Part shown: piece by piece, positions 35,666 through 45,572 of the stretch
Layout: each line of letters starts with the position of its first letter
How positions within the stretch are numbered: position 1 is the stretch's first letter
NCBI GenBank assembly: GCA_910578075.1
Contig: CAJTPK010000002.1
Location: 46,479 to 110,478, forward strand
Source of the DNA: an uncultured Muribaculaceae bacterium
Lineage (GTDB): Bacteria > Bacteroidota > Bacteroidia > Bacteroidales > Muribaculaceae
Length of the DNA stretch: 64,000 nucleotides
Direction: 5' to 3'
Notes under the pieces: model-generated
The model's database searches: none
Seen by the model: the letters and a program-made list of their open reading frames with translations, nothing else
Told to the model about the DNA's origin: nothing
Made by a program: the position numbers and the translations under genes

Positions 35666-37663
35666 ATGAGATCAGGCAGAATAACATCTACAGCTTTAAC
35701 AGCAGTCATATCTATGTTTTCGGTCAATGCCGCAAACGACACTACCGCCCGGAATCTTCAGGAATTCGAGGTGGTCTCCGAACGTGTGCGCAAGGAAGTG
35801 ACCAGTACAGCGCCTCTTTTCAATCTCACCAACGAGAGGATGAAGACTATGGGCGTGACCGACATCTCGGATGCGCTTCATCGTCTGCCGGGGGTTAATA
35901 TCCGTGATTACGGCGGCGCTGGAGGTATGAAGACCGTGTCGGTACGCGGATTCGGCACAACGCACACCGGAGTGATCTATGATGGGATCGTATTGAGCGA
36001 CTGTCAGAGCGGCAAAATCGATTTGGCAAGGTATTCTCTCGACAATGTGGGAAGCCTGTCGCTTATAATCGGTGACAATAACGATATTTTTGTCCCGGCT
36101 AAAGCTTCTGCATCGGCAGCTTCCATAATCATAACCACAGAGTCTGTGCCAACAGCGAATGATTCTCTGTGGCATGTAACCGGGCAGATGCGTTTCGCCT
36201 CATTCGGCACATACAATCCCTATTTCAAGGTCGGTAAAACTTTAAATCCGAAATTCTCCTTCTCAGTGATAGGGGAGTACACTCATGCCCGTAATAATTA
36301 TCCATTCACGCTCACTAACGGAAAGCTCGTTACTCGCGAAAGACGCAACAACAGCATGATGAATTCCTGGCATGGAGAGATAAACACACGCTGGAGGCCA
36401 ACGTCATCCTCCACATTGGATGCCAAAATTTATTATTACGACAACAACCGGGAACTCCCCGGAGCAGTTATCTTATACAATCCTATATGTCGCGAAGAAT
36501 TGCGCGACCGCAATTTCTTCGGCCAGCTGACTTATAAGAATCTGTCGCTATCGAAATTTTCATTTCAAGGACTTGCAAAATTCAACTGGGATGCCTCCCT
36601 CTATCATGATGAGAACGGTAAATACCCGGGAGGTGTGCTTGATGAGGATTACTGGCAGAGGGAGGTGTATCTCTCCGGCTCGGCTATGTATCTGCCAACA
36701 GATAGGCTCTCTTTCAACTACTCGGCAGATTACATCTACAACGGTATGACCACTAACCAGATGGAGGTTGTGGGGCCATGGCGTCATTCCGTGCTGCAAT
36801 CGCTTACGGGAAAATTCAAAAACTCATGGCTTGTGGCGACTGCGCGTCTCTTACTCTCTGTCTATGAGAACGGAGCAAAAGAGGGAGAGGCGGCGCAGGA
36901 TCGCACCAAACTCTCGCCATCGGTTAGCGTGAGTGTGCAACCATGGCAAAGCCGAATGTTTTTCATCCGGGCTTCCTACAAGAATATCTTCAGGATGCCA
37001 ACATTCAACGAGAGCTATTACTTCCGCATGGGAAGCACGTCGTTGCGGCCGGAAGATACAAATCAGTTGAATGTCGGGTTGACATGGCAATATAATACTA
37101 CCGGTTGGATGAATTCTCTGGTGCTGACAGGCGATGTATATTACAATCATGTCAAAGACAAGATTGAAGCGGTGCCGACAAACATGTTTATCTGGCAGAT
37201 GAATAATATCGACAAAGTCCGCGCCTATGGTGCAGACGTAACGGCAAACGCCACATTCCGTCTTGGCCGCCGTCAGAATCTCGTATTTGCCGGCAACTAC
37301 AGTTGGCAGCGTGTTCAGCCGCGCACATCAAAACTTAATCCCGATTATAACAAACAGCTCGCCTACACTCCGATACATTCCGGAGCATTGTCGCTAAGTT
37401 GGGAGAATCCTTGGGTTGATGTTGTGCTTCACGGCACCGGAGTCAGCGACCGTTACGGAACCAGCACCAATCTTCCGATCACCCGTATAAAAGGGTACGT
37501 AGATTGCGGAGCTACACTTATGCGTTCATTCAAATTCAAGCGTAATGCAATCGATCTGCGCTTTGACCTGACCAATATTTTCGACACGCAGTATGAGATA
37601 GTCGCTGACTACCCGATGCCCGGTCGTGCTTGGAAATTCACAGTGACGTATAAAATTAATTGA
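35666..37663 (+). CDS. btuB: TonB-dependent cobalamin receptor (BtuB-like)
   Basis: The start at MRSGRITSTALTAVISMFSVNA (signal peptide) follows the riboswitch. TonB-box/plug region (EFEVVSERV...), a beta-barrel, and a C-terminal ...WKFTVTYKIN. Confidence 0.85.
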   Translation: MRSGRITSTALTAVISMFSVNAANDTTARNLQEFEVVSERVRKEVTSTAPLFNLTNERMKTMGVTDISDALHRLPGVNIRDYGGAGGMKTVSVRGFGTTHTGVIYDGIVLSDCQSGKIDLARYSLDNVGSLSLIIGDNNDIFVPAKASASAASIIITTESVPTANDSLWHVTGQMRFASFGTYNPYFKVGKTLNPKFSFSVIGEYTHARNNYPFTLTNGKLVTRERRNNSMMNSWHGEINTRWRPTSSSTLDAKIYYYDNNRELPGAVILYNPICREELRDRNFFGQLTYKNLSLSKFSFQGLAKFNWDASLYHDENGKYPGGVLDEDYWQREVYLSGSAMYLPTDRLSFNYSADYIYNGMTTNQMEVVGPWRHSVLQSLTGKFKNSWLVATARLLLSVYENGAKEGEAAQDRTKLSPSVSVSVQPWQSRMFFIRASYKNIFRMPTFNESYYFRMGSTSLRPEDTNQLNVGLTWQYNTTGWMNSLVLTGDVYYNHVKDKIEAVPTNMFIWQMNNIDKVRAYGADVTANATFRLGRRQNLVFAGNYSWQRVQPRTSKLNPDYNKQLAYTPIHSGALSLSWENPWVDVVLHGTGVSDRYGTSTNLPITRIKGYVDCGATLMRSFKFKRNAIDLRFDLTNIFDTQYEIVADYPMPGRAWKFTVTYKIN

Positions 37664-37707
37664 CAACGTTGTAATACAAAATATAGAAATTCAAAAAAAC
37701 GAAAGTA

Positions 37708-38856
37708 ATGAAAAAAATAGCTTATTTCCTTCTGTCCGTATGTCTCGCAGCCGGATTTACTGCTTGCGATGATGAGAATGGAAACGGTTCAGAAGCAACC
37801 GAGACCTTAAGCGGTTTCTACACTATTGATGGTGGTAATAAAAGTGGAAAGATTCCGGCTGAAATGACCGCCTATAATTTCGAGACAGGAGTCTCTACTC
37901 TAAATGCCTTTGAGGCAGCCAATGGCATTGGATTTGGTGATAATGGTCAGCAGGCCATAATTTGTGGAGATAAGATGTTTATCGCCATGTATGGTTCAAA
38001 TCTAATATGGGTGGTTGAACCGGAAACTTTGAAGATTATAAGCTCAATAAAGCCGGACGGAGATGCGACACTTCCCCGTGCATTCGCTCAGAAAGATGGT
38101 AAATTGTATTGCACAATGTATACCGGTTATGTAAGCGAGATTGACCCTTCTGCGATGAAGATTACACGTAGTGTTAAGGTGGGTCCGAATCCGGATCAGC
38201 TCGCTGTATGGGGAAACAAGCTTGTTGTTGCATGTTCCGATGGCCAGAATTCAAGCGGAAATGCTACAAATGGCGTGAAATATGGCAATTGTTGCGTTTC
38301 TATCGTAGATTTGGCTACATTCACAGAAACAAAAATCAGTGATTTAGATGTGATTTATAATCCAACCGATGTTGTTTCAAACGGAACCGATGTTTTTGTG
38401 AATTGTAAAGGTAATTATGATAAAGATGATAACACACTGATACGTTCATATGTGGTTAAGCTGAATGGTACCGATGTGAAGGATGTGCAAAAATTCTGTT
38501 ATGGTACAAATATGGCAATTAACGGCAAGACTTTGTATGTTATCTATGCTCAGAGTGGCAAACCCGCAAGTGAGATTACATATAAGAAATATAATGTCGA
38601 CACACTTCAGGAGATTGGTCAGATAGCCAATCAGTCTTCTTCGGAGGATGCTAAGATTTCATATCCGAATGGTGTATTTGTAGATCCGGCAAGTGGAAAC
38701 ATAGTAATGCTATCATACATAGTTGATGCAAATGGAACCGCGCAATATCGTCAGCCGACATATGCTAATATATATGATGGTAACGGTACATTCCAAAAGC
38801 GTGTTGAATGCGGTGTAGGCGCCCGCTACGTGACATTTGTTCACAAAGCTAAATGA
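37708..38856 (+). CDS. Surface lipoprotein, beta-propeller-like; BtuG-like by position
   Basis: Lipobox LAAGFTAC, 382 aa, beta-rich repeats. It sits immediately after btuB, as described for Bacteroides BtuG. I cannot verify homology here. Confidence 0.5.
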   Translation: MKKIAYFLLSVCLAAGFTACDDENGNGSEATETLSGFYTIDGGNKSGKIPAEMTAYNFETGVSTLNAFEAANGIGFGDNGQQAIICGDKMFIAMYGSNLIWVVEPETLKIISSIKPDGDATLPRAFAQKDGKLYCTMYTGYVSEIDPSAMKITRSVKVGPNPDQLAVWGNKLVVACSDGQNSSGNATNGVKYGNCCVSIVDLATFTETKISDLDVIYNPTDVVSNGTDVFVNCKGNYDKDDNTLIRSYVVKLNGTDVKDVQKFCYGTNMAINGKTLYVIYAQSGKPASEITYKKYNVDTLQEIGQIANQSSSEDAKISYPNGVFVDPASGNIVMLSYIVDANGTAQYRQPTYANIYDGNGTFQKRVECGVGARYVTFVHKAK

Positions 38857-40016
38857 TTATGACTTATAGATTGGTAGGTATAAAGAGACTGTGGTCTCTG
38901 ATGACCCTCATTTTGGTCGTGGCTTTCCTTGCGGGATGCAAGGGAAGCCACGCTTCTTCTTCTGATAAAACAGAAGGGAGTGAAATGGAACTGAAATATG
39001 CGGAGAATCTCACGCTTGAGGAGTTTCCCGGATATGTGGCTGCCACAGTCCGTAATCCTTGGGACACGACAAAGACTCTTCAGAAATATATCCTTGTTCG
39101 CCGCGACAGCGCGATGCCCGCAAATCTGCCTGCCGGAACGGTGGTCAGAGTTCCTGTCACAAACGCTTTGGTTTATTCTACCGTGCATAACAGCCTTATT
39201 TCAGAATTGGGTAGCGCGGATGCAATCGGTGGTATCTGTAACTCCAAGTATGTTAATGATAAAGAGCTGAAGCGGCGTCTTGCTTCCGGAGACATCGTTG
39301 ACTGCGGAGTCAGCATGAGTCCTGACTTGGAGAAGATCATCAAACTCAATCCGCAGGTGATAATGCTCTCACCCTTTGAGAATAATGATAAATATGCCAA
39401 GGTAGGGGAGTTGGGAATACCGATCATCGAGTGTGCCGACTATATGGAGACTTCGGCGTTGGGACGCGCTGAGTGGGTGAGATTCTATGGAATGCTGTTT
39501 GGAAAAAGCGAGAAAGCTGACAGCATGTTTGCAGATACGGAATCGAATTATCTGCGCATGAAGGCTGCCGCGGCTGATGCTCCCGATAAACCGAAGGTTA
39601 TAATAGACCAACGTTACGGACAGGTGTGGAACGTGCCCGGTGGCGTTTCCACAATGGGTAGGCTGATTGAGGATGCGGGAGGTGTTAATCCGTTTGCGTC
39701 GTATCGTCAGAGCGGGAGTGTACCTTTGGCTCCGGAGAAAGTGCTGGCTGAGGCTCATGATGCCGACATATGGTTTGTGAGGTACAATCAGGAGAAGGAA
39801 AAATCCATGAAAGAGCTTGCCTCCGATGCTCCGGTCAATTCTCAGTTCAAGGCATTCAAGGATGGTAATGTGTATGGTTGCAATACCCGTTATGTGGATT
39901 TTTATGAGGAGACACCGTTTCATCCTGACCGTATTCTTGGAGAAATGATCTCTGCCATGCATCCCGGACTGCTAACAGATACAGTTGTGCGTCATTATTA
40001 CCACAGAATGCAATAA
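38853..40016 (+). CDS. btuF: ABC-transporter periplasmic substrate-binding lipoprotein (BtuF/FecB-like)
   Basis: Lipobox FLAGCKGS. Cluster-A SBP-like sequence (PQVIMLSPFEN...GRAEWVRFYG). ATGA overlap with the upstream gene. Confidence 0.75.
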   Translation: MIMTYRLVGIKRLWSLMTLILVVAFLAGCKGSHASSSDKTEGSEMELKYAENLTLEEFPGYVAATVRNPWDTTKTLQKYILVRRDSAMPANLPAGTVVRVPVTNALVYSTVHNSLISELGSADAIGGICNSKYVNDKELKRRLASGDIVDCGVSMSPDLEKIIKLNPQVIMLSPFENNDKYAKVGELGIPIIECADYMETSALGRAEWVRFYGMLFGKSEKADSMFADTESNYLRMKAAAADAPDKPKVIIDQRYGQVWNVPGGVSTMGRLIEDAGGVNPFASYRQSGSVPLAPEKVLAEAHDADIWFVRYNQEKEKSMKELASDAPVNSQFKAFKDGNVYGCNTRYVDFYEETPFHPDRILGEMISAMHPGLLTDTVVRHYYHRMQ

Positions 40017-40059
40017 ATCCGAGTCCGTTTTCGTATCAGATGTAGAAGTTGTGCCAAAC

Positions 40060-40270
40060 ATCACGCAGAGGCGCAGAGGCGCAAAGCCAGGAGTTGGCAA
40101 GTTAGATGATAAGATGATAAAGAGCGCTGAGAATCGCGTGGCGATTTTTGCAAAGGCGCAGTGCTGGTGAGACCGCCTCTGTGTCTCGGCAAGAGTGGTA
40201 ACGACATCTGCGCCGAAAAGAGTGGCATGAAATCTTTGCGCCTCCGTGCCTCTGCGTGATTAAAATTTTA
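40060..40270 (+). repeat. Family B palindromic repeat (solo copy) inside the btuF-btuC gap
   Basis: TIRs atcacgcagagg...cctctgcgtgat plus taaaatttta. It shares gaatcgcgtggcgatt and agtggtaacgac blocks with 34700-35309 and 49439-49641. Family A-like ends flank it (gaagttgt at 40044; aattagtttgaacaacttc at 40290-40308). Confidence 0.8.
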
Positions 40271-40346
40271 CCGACAACAGTAATAAATAATTAGTTTGAA
40301 CAACTTCAATAACTTATTAGGGACGCACTGATGGTGCGTCCGCATT

Positions 40347-41363
40347 ATGCAAAATAATATGAGATTCATAATTCTGTCAATATCGCTTGTGGTGTTGTTT
40401 TTTCTGAACCTGTTCGTTGGCTCGGTGGCAATACCCCCCGCACAGGTGGTTGACATCCTTTTCAGCAACGCGGATGTTGACGGCCCGTTGCGTTTTATAG
40501 TTGTCGGGAGCCGTTTGCCTCAGGCGATAACTGCTGTGCTGGCAGGGGCGGCATTGACAGTGTCGGGTCTGATGCTTCAGACTGCATTCCGGAATCCTCT
40601 TGCGGGTCCTTCAATTCTCGGTATCACTTCCGGCTCCAGCCTCGGTGTCGCGTTGGTAATCCTGCTGTTTGGCGGCTCTGTGTCCGCGGCGGGATACTCA
40701 TTTGGCGGTTATATGGCGATATTGATAGGCTCGTTTGCCGGCAGCATCGCCATCATGGGTTTGTTGCTGCTGTTCTCAATGTGGCTGAAAAATGACCTTA
40801 TGCTACTGATTTCAGGAATCATGGTAGGATACCTCACATCCTCAGTCATAACCCTGTTGAATTATTTATCCACAGCCGAAGGGGTGCATGGATATGCAAT
40901 GTGGGGAATGGGAAATTTCAACGGTGTGGCACTTGGTCAGATCCCTCTTTTCTCAATAGCCATAGGGATAGGGTTGGTAATGTCGATATTGATGGTAAAG
41001 CCACTGAACATTATATTGCTCGGTGAAAATTATGCTCTCAATCTGGGAATAAGGATGCAATGGGTGCGTAATATGTTGCTGGTGACAACTGGAATACTTA
41101 CATCTGTGGTGACTGCATTCTGCGGACCGATCTCGTTTATCGGATTGGCGGTGCCGCATGTGGTGAGAATGATTTTCCGTACATCAGATCATCGCGTGAT
41201 TATCCCCGGTTGTATTCTTGCCGGAGGAGTCGTAGGGCTTGTCTGCAACTTTTTGTGTATATTGCCGGAAAATATTGTGCTCCCTCTGAATGGAGTCACG
41301 CCCTTGATAGGTGTGCCGGTAATAATGTATGTAATCTTTAAAGAGAGGTTTAAGAAACGATGA
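40347..41363 (+). CDS. btuC: FecCD-family ABC permease (BtuC-like)
   Basis: 338 aa, ~9-10 TM, with FecCD-like motifs (RNPLAGPSILGITSG). Confidence 0.85.
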   Translation: MQNNMRFIILSISLVVLFFLNLFVGSVAIPPAQVVDILFSNADVDGPLRFIVVGSRLPQAITAVLAGAALTVSGLMLQTAFRNPLAGPSILGITSGSSLGVALVILLFGGSVSAAGYSFGGYMAILIGSFAGSIAIMGLLLLFSMWLKNDLMLLISGIMVGYLTSSVITLLNYLSTAEGVHGYAMWGMGNFNGVALGQIPLFSIAIGIGLVMSILMVKPLNIILLGENYALNLGIRMQWVRNMLLVTTGILTSVVTAFCGPISFIGLAVPHVVRMIFRTSDHRVIIPGCILAGGVVGLVCNFLCILPENIVLPLNGVTPLIGVPVIMYVIFKERFKKR

Positions 41364-42148
41364 GTGCCGAGACGATAAAAGTTTGCGGGCTGACCACCGG
41401 TTACCGCAATTCGAAAGGTGACATATCCATTACCGGACCTCTCGATGCCACCCTTGAATCAGGTGAGCTGACATGCCTGCTTGGACCAAATGGAGCGGGT
41501 AAATCAACTTTGCTGCGTACGCTTGCCGGTTTTCAGAAGCCTCTTGCAGGGTATGTCAAGGTTGAGGGGAAAAAGCTTAGCGATTATTCCGGACGTGACC
41601 TTGCCCGAACAATAAGCGTTGTGCTGACTGAGAAACCACTTCTGGAGAATATGGACGTTGAGACTCTCGTTGGATTGGGGCGCGCTCCATACACAGGATT
41701 CTGGGGGCGATTCTCACCGGAGGATACAGAAGCGGTGGAGCGTGCGATATCGTTGATGGGTATTGATTCATTAAGGCACAGGATGGTGCAGAGCCTCAGT
41801 GATGGTGAACGACAGAAAACCATGATTGCAAAGGCATTCGCGCAGGAGACTCCTGTTATTTTTCTCGATGAACCCACGGCATTCCTTGATTATCCGAGTA
41901 AGGTTGAGATAATGCTTCTTCTATATTCTCTCGCGCATAAGATGGGTAAGACAATCTTCATGTCGACGCACGATCTTGATATGGCGCTTCAGCTCTCAGA
42001 TAAGATATGGCTGATGGATAAGAAATTGGGTGTGCGCACCGGAACTCATCGGGAACTTACGGATTCCGGGGATCTTGAACGGTATTTCGTTCGTCCGGGC
42101 ATACGTTTTGACCGTGAGGAGGGATTATTTAAAGTGGTGAGGTATTAG
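41360..42148 (+). CDS. btuD: ABC transporter ATP-binding protein (BtuD-like)
   Basis: Walker A GPNGAGKST, signature LSDGERQK and Walker B IFLDEPT. Confidence 0.85.
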   Translation: MSAETIKVCGLTTGYRNSKGDISITGPLDATLESGELTCLLGPNGAGKSTLLRTLAGFQKPLAGYVKVEGKKLSDYSGRDLARTISVVLTEKPLLENMDVETLVGLGRAPYTGFWGRFSPEDTEAVERAISLMGIDSLRHRMVQSLSDGERQKTMIAKAFAQETPVIFLDEPTAFLDYPSKVEIMLLLYSLAHKMGKTIFMSTHDLDMALQLSDKIWLMDKKLGVRTGTHRELTDSGDLERYFVRPGIRFDREEGLFKVVRY

Positions 42149-42157
42149 CTATTAGTG

Positions 42158-43492
42158 ATGAAGTGTTTTACAGGTAAAGCGGGATTTGTCATAGGCGCAG
42201 TATCGTCCGGTAGCGGGAAAACAACCGTCACCAACGGTTTGCTGCGCTCTTTTCGGTCAATGGGACTCAAAGCGGCTCCATTCAAGGTCGGACCCGATTA
42301 TATTGACACACATTTCCATAAGGTCGCTTCCGGTCGTGATTCGATAAATCTTGATGTCTTTATGGGCGGGGAGGATCACGTGAAGGGGTTGTTTGCTGAT
42401 TATTCACGTGGATGTGATGTCTGTGTTGTGGAAGGTGTGATGGGGCTGTTTGATGGTTACGATTGCAGAAAAGGTAGCGCGGCGCATATCGCGGAGATTT
42501 TGGGATTACCAGTGATACTGCTTATCAATGCAGCGTCATCAGCATATTCATTGGCAGCGGTATTGTCGGGTTTTAGGAATTTCAATCCTTCTGTCAATAT
42601 CGCTGGTGTGATCTTCAATAATGTTGCTTCAGATAACCATCTGAGGCTTCTGCGCTATGCTGCCCGTGATTCGGGTGTGGAGTTTTTAGGGTATGTTAAA
42701 CGTGATTCATCATTGATAGTTCCGTCCCGACATCTGGGACTGACTCTTGATGAAGATGATGTAATTGATAGATTTGTTGCAAATGCCGCTGAGGCTGTAT
42801 CTGAGAATGTAGATGTCGCCAGGATATTGGAAGTGACTGGAATTAAATCATCGGAGCACATATCCCGTAGTGTAAAACCTTTGCCTTTTTGCTCTTCCGA
42901 TAAAAAGAAATGCCGGATAGCTGTTGCCCACGATGAAGCATTCAACTTTATTTATCCTGCGAATCTGCATGCACTGGAATCTAATGACGTGCTTGGTATG
43001 GGATACGGTGAGATAGTCCGTTTCTCTCCGTTGCGTGATGAGGAGATGCCCGAAGCGGATCTGCTATATCTCCCGGGAGGGTATCCTGAATTATACAGGG
43101 AGAGGTTGTCTGCTAACAAGGGGATGAGGAAATCTATCAGAGAATTTATAGAGAATGGGGGATACACGATTGCCGAGTGTGGCGGAATGCTGTATCTTGG
43201 TGATGATATCGATGGAATTGAGATGTGTGGGATATTGCCCTTGAGCGGAACGATGGCGGGTGCACGGTTGAAACTCGGATACAGAACCGTCCGTTTTCAG
43301 GGATGCGAGATGCGCGGTCATGAATTTCATTATTCATCTGTGAGGGAGAATGAACCGTTGAGATCTGTCGCTTCGCAGACAGATGTGAGAGGAGAGGCGG
43401 TAGCCACTCCTGTATACAGATATAAAAACACAATCGCTGGATACACCCATCTCTATTGGGCGGAGAGTGACTTTTCAAAACTTTGGGAATGA
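42158..43492 (+). CDS. cbiA: Cobyrinate a,c-diamide synthase
   Basis: N-terminal GAVSSGSGKTTVT. C-terminal GATase region ECGGMLYLG...GHEFHYS. Confidence 0.88.
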   Translation: MKCFTGKAGFVIGAVSSGSGKTTVTNGLLRSFRSMGLKAAPFKVGPDYIDTHFHKVASGRDSINLDVFMGGEDHVKGLFADYSRGCDVCVVEGVMGLFDGYDCRKGSAAHIAEILGLPVILLINAASSAYSLAAVLSGFRNFNPSVNIAGVIFNNVASDNHLRLLRYAARDSGVEFLGYVKRDSSLIVPSRHLGLTLDEDDVIDRFVANAAEAVSENVDVARILEVTGIKSSEHISRSVKPLPFCSSDKKKCRIAVAHDEAFNFIYPANLHALESNDVLGMGYGEIVRFSPLRDEEMPEADLLYLPGGYPELYRERLSANKGMRKSIREFIENGGYTIAECGGMLYLGDDIDGIEMCGILPLSGTMAGARLKLGYRTVRFQGCEMRGHEFHYSSVRENEPLRSVASQTDVRGEAVATPVYRYKNTIAGYTHLYWAESDFSKLWE

Positions 43493-44061
43493 AGATATAT
43501 ACAAAAACCGGAGACCGGGGAACCACCGGTATACGAGGTGGTGAGAGGGTTTCTAAAACTGACCAACGTATCGAGGCTAACGGTACCATTGACGAACTTA
43601 ACAGCATACTTGGCATTGTTAGGGCGATTTCCTGTGATAAGATGACTCAGGAGGTAGTTGCGGAGATACAGACAAATCTCATGATAATCATGAGTCGCGT
43701 TGCAACGCGCTCTGAAAACCGCGCTGACAATCCACGTATCTTACCGGAGAATGCCGTGACTAAGATGGAGGTGGTATTGGATGATATCACATCTGCCGGA
43801 TATGTTACGCAGGATTTCATATTGCCCGGAGGTAATCCGGCAGGTGCGTTTCTGCATCAGGCTCGTTCTGTTTGCCGTAGGGCGGAAAGGGAGCTTTGGA
43901 GGCTTGATGAGCAGGATCCGGTAGAGCAGATGGTGATGTCGTATGTCAATAGGCTTTCAGATCTCCTTTTTGCGATGGCGAGGAGGGAGACATCATTGTC
44001 GGGTGGAACGGATGTAGATTGGGAGCGATTTGGTTCAGGAAAAGGCGTAAGGTCAAAGTAA
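43489..44061 (+). CDS. PduO-type ATP:cob(I)alamin adenosyltransferase
   Basis: MKIYTKTGDRGTTG... is the characteristic N-terminus. ATGA overlap with cbiA. Confidence 0.85.
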   Translation: MKIYTKTGDRGTTGIRGGERVSKTDQRIEANGTIDELNSILGIVRAISCDKMTQEVVAEIQTNLMIIMSRVATRSENRADNPRILPENAVTKMEVVLDDITSAGYVTQDFILPGGNPAGAFLHQARSVCRRAERELWRLDEQDPVEQMVMSYVNRLSDLLFAMARRETSLSGGTDVDWERFGSGKGVRSK

Positions 44062-44066
44062 AGAAT

Positions 44067-45572
44067 ATGAGACGGACTCTAAATATGGAGAGATTGAAAC
44101 CCATAATGCTTGGCGGAACAGGCAGTGATGTCGGCAAGAGTGTGCTTGCCGCCGGATTGTGCCGTATATTTTTGCAAGACGGTTATACTCCGGCACCTTT
44201 CAAGGCTCAGAACATGGCATTGAATTCCTATGTCACGCCAGATGGTCTTGAGATTGGGCGTGCACAGGCAGTGCAGGCGGAGGCTGCCGGAGTGGAGTGT
44301 ATGGCGGAGATGAATCCGGTGCTTCTTAAGCCCTCCGGAAAGATGACCTCGCAGGTTGTTCTGAATGGTCTTCCGGTCGGAAACAAGGATGCATACGACT
44401 ATTTCAGAAAGGAGAATAAGGAACCGCTCCGCAGGGAGGTGCATGCCGCTTTCGATCGTCTTAGCGCAAGATATAATCCTATAGTGATGGAGGGGGCAGG
44501 CAGTATCGCTGAGTTAAATCTTCGGGATTCCGACATTGTCAATATGTCGATGGCCGCATATGCGGATGCCGCGGTGATTCTTGTGGCAGACATTGACAAG
44601 GGCGGGGTTTTTGCTTCGGCTTATGGTTCTATAATGTTGCAGAAAGAGGAGGATCGTAAAAGGATAAAGGGGATCATTGTAAATAAATTCCGTGGAGATG
44701 AGAAGCTTTTCGAACAGGGACGGAAGATGATGGAGAAGATATGCGGTGTCCCGGTGATAGGGGTTGTGCCTTATCTGGATGATATCCATATCGAAGAGGA
44801 GGATTCTGTGTCGCTCGCAAAAAAATCCAACGCTCATACGGAGGAGAACTTGATAAATGTTGCAGTTGTAGCAACTCCACATATATCTAATTTTACGGAC
44901 TTTGATACAATATCGAGGGATCCGAGGGTGCATCTTTATTTTACGTCTGAACCTGCGGAACTGCTGAATGCAGATGTCATAATCCTCCCCGGAAGCAAGA
45001 ACACACTCTCAGACCTTAAGGCTATTCAGACAAACGGCTGTGCGGATGCAATAATAAAGGCTTCCGCGCTGGGTCGCACTGTGATGGGAATTTGCGGAGG
45101 ATATCAGATGATGGGGGAGAGTGTCGACGATCCGGATGGAGTGGAAGGTGAGCCGGATTCGATGGCTGGCTTGGGTCTTTTGCCTGTTAACACGGTGCTG
45201 AAAGGAAGCAAGACTGTCAGACGTGTGAGATTTACAATGGACGGATGCACAGATCTGAACTCCGGATATGAGATACATATGGGAATCTCAACTCTTGAGA
45301 ATGGCGCTTCTCCGATGGTGATCAAGGAGGATGGCTCAGTAGATGGTTGTCGTGTAAGTGAAATGGTATGCGGCAGCTATATTCATGGTATTTTAGATAA
45401 TACCGGTGTGATAGATATGTTGCTTAAACCTCATGCGTTGAGGAAGGGATTGCCCGAGTCGGGTAATGTGGAGCCTTACAGAGAATATAAAGAGAGGCAA
45501 TATGACGCGTTGGCACAAAGATTGCGTGACTGTCTTGATATAGATTTGTTATATAAAATCATGCGGGAATGA
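44067..45572 (+). CDS. cbiP: Cobyric acid synthase
   Basis: IMLGGTGSDVGKSVLAAGLCRIF. C-terminal GATase ICGGYQMMG...IHG. The track start at 44019 is TTG, inside the previous gene. Confidence 0.88.
   Translation: MRRTLNMERLKPIMLGGTGSDVGKSVLAAGLCRIFLQDGYTPAPFKAQNMALNSYVTPDGLEIGRAQAVQAEAAGVECMAEMNPVLLKPSGKMTSQVVLNGLPVGNKDAYDYFRKENKEPLRREVHAAFDRLSARYNPIVMEGAGSIAELNLRDSDIVNMSMAAYADAAVILVADIDKGGVFASAYGSIMLQKEEDRKRIKGIIVNKFRGDEKLFEQGRKMMEKICGVPVIGVVPYLDDIHIEEEDSVSLAKKSNAHTEENLINVAVVATPHISNFTDFDTISRDPRVHLYFTSEPAELLNADVIILPGSKNTLSDLKAIQTNGCADAIIKASALGRTVMGICGGYQMMGESVDDPDGVEGEPDSMAGLGLLPVNTVLKGSKTVRRVRFTMDGCTDLNSGYEIHMGISTLENGASPMVIKEDGSVDGCRVSEMVCGSYIHGILDNTGVIDMLLKPHALRKGLPESGNVEPYREYKERQYDALAQRLRDCLDIDLLYKIMRE

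Noticed and set aside
35273-35742. Minus-strand ORFs of 69-130 aa, and the track start of the btuB ORF at 35561.
   Set aside because: They overlap the tandem repeat and the cobalamin riboswitch. The ATG at 35666 gives a proper signal peptide after the riboswitch.
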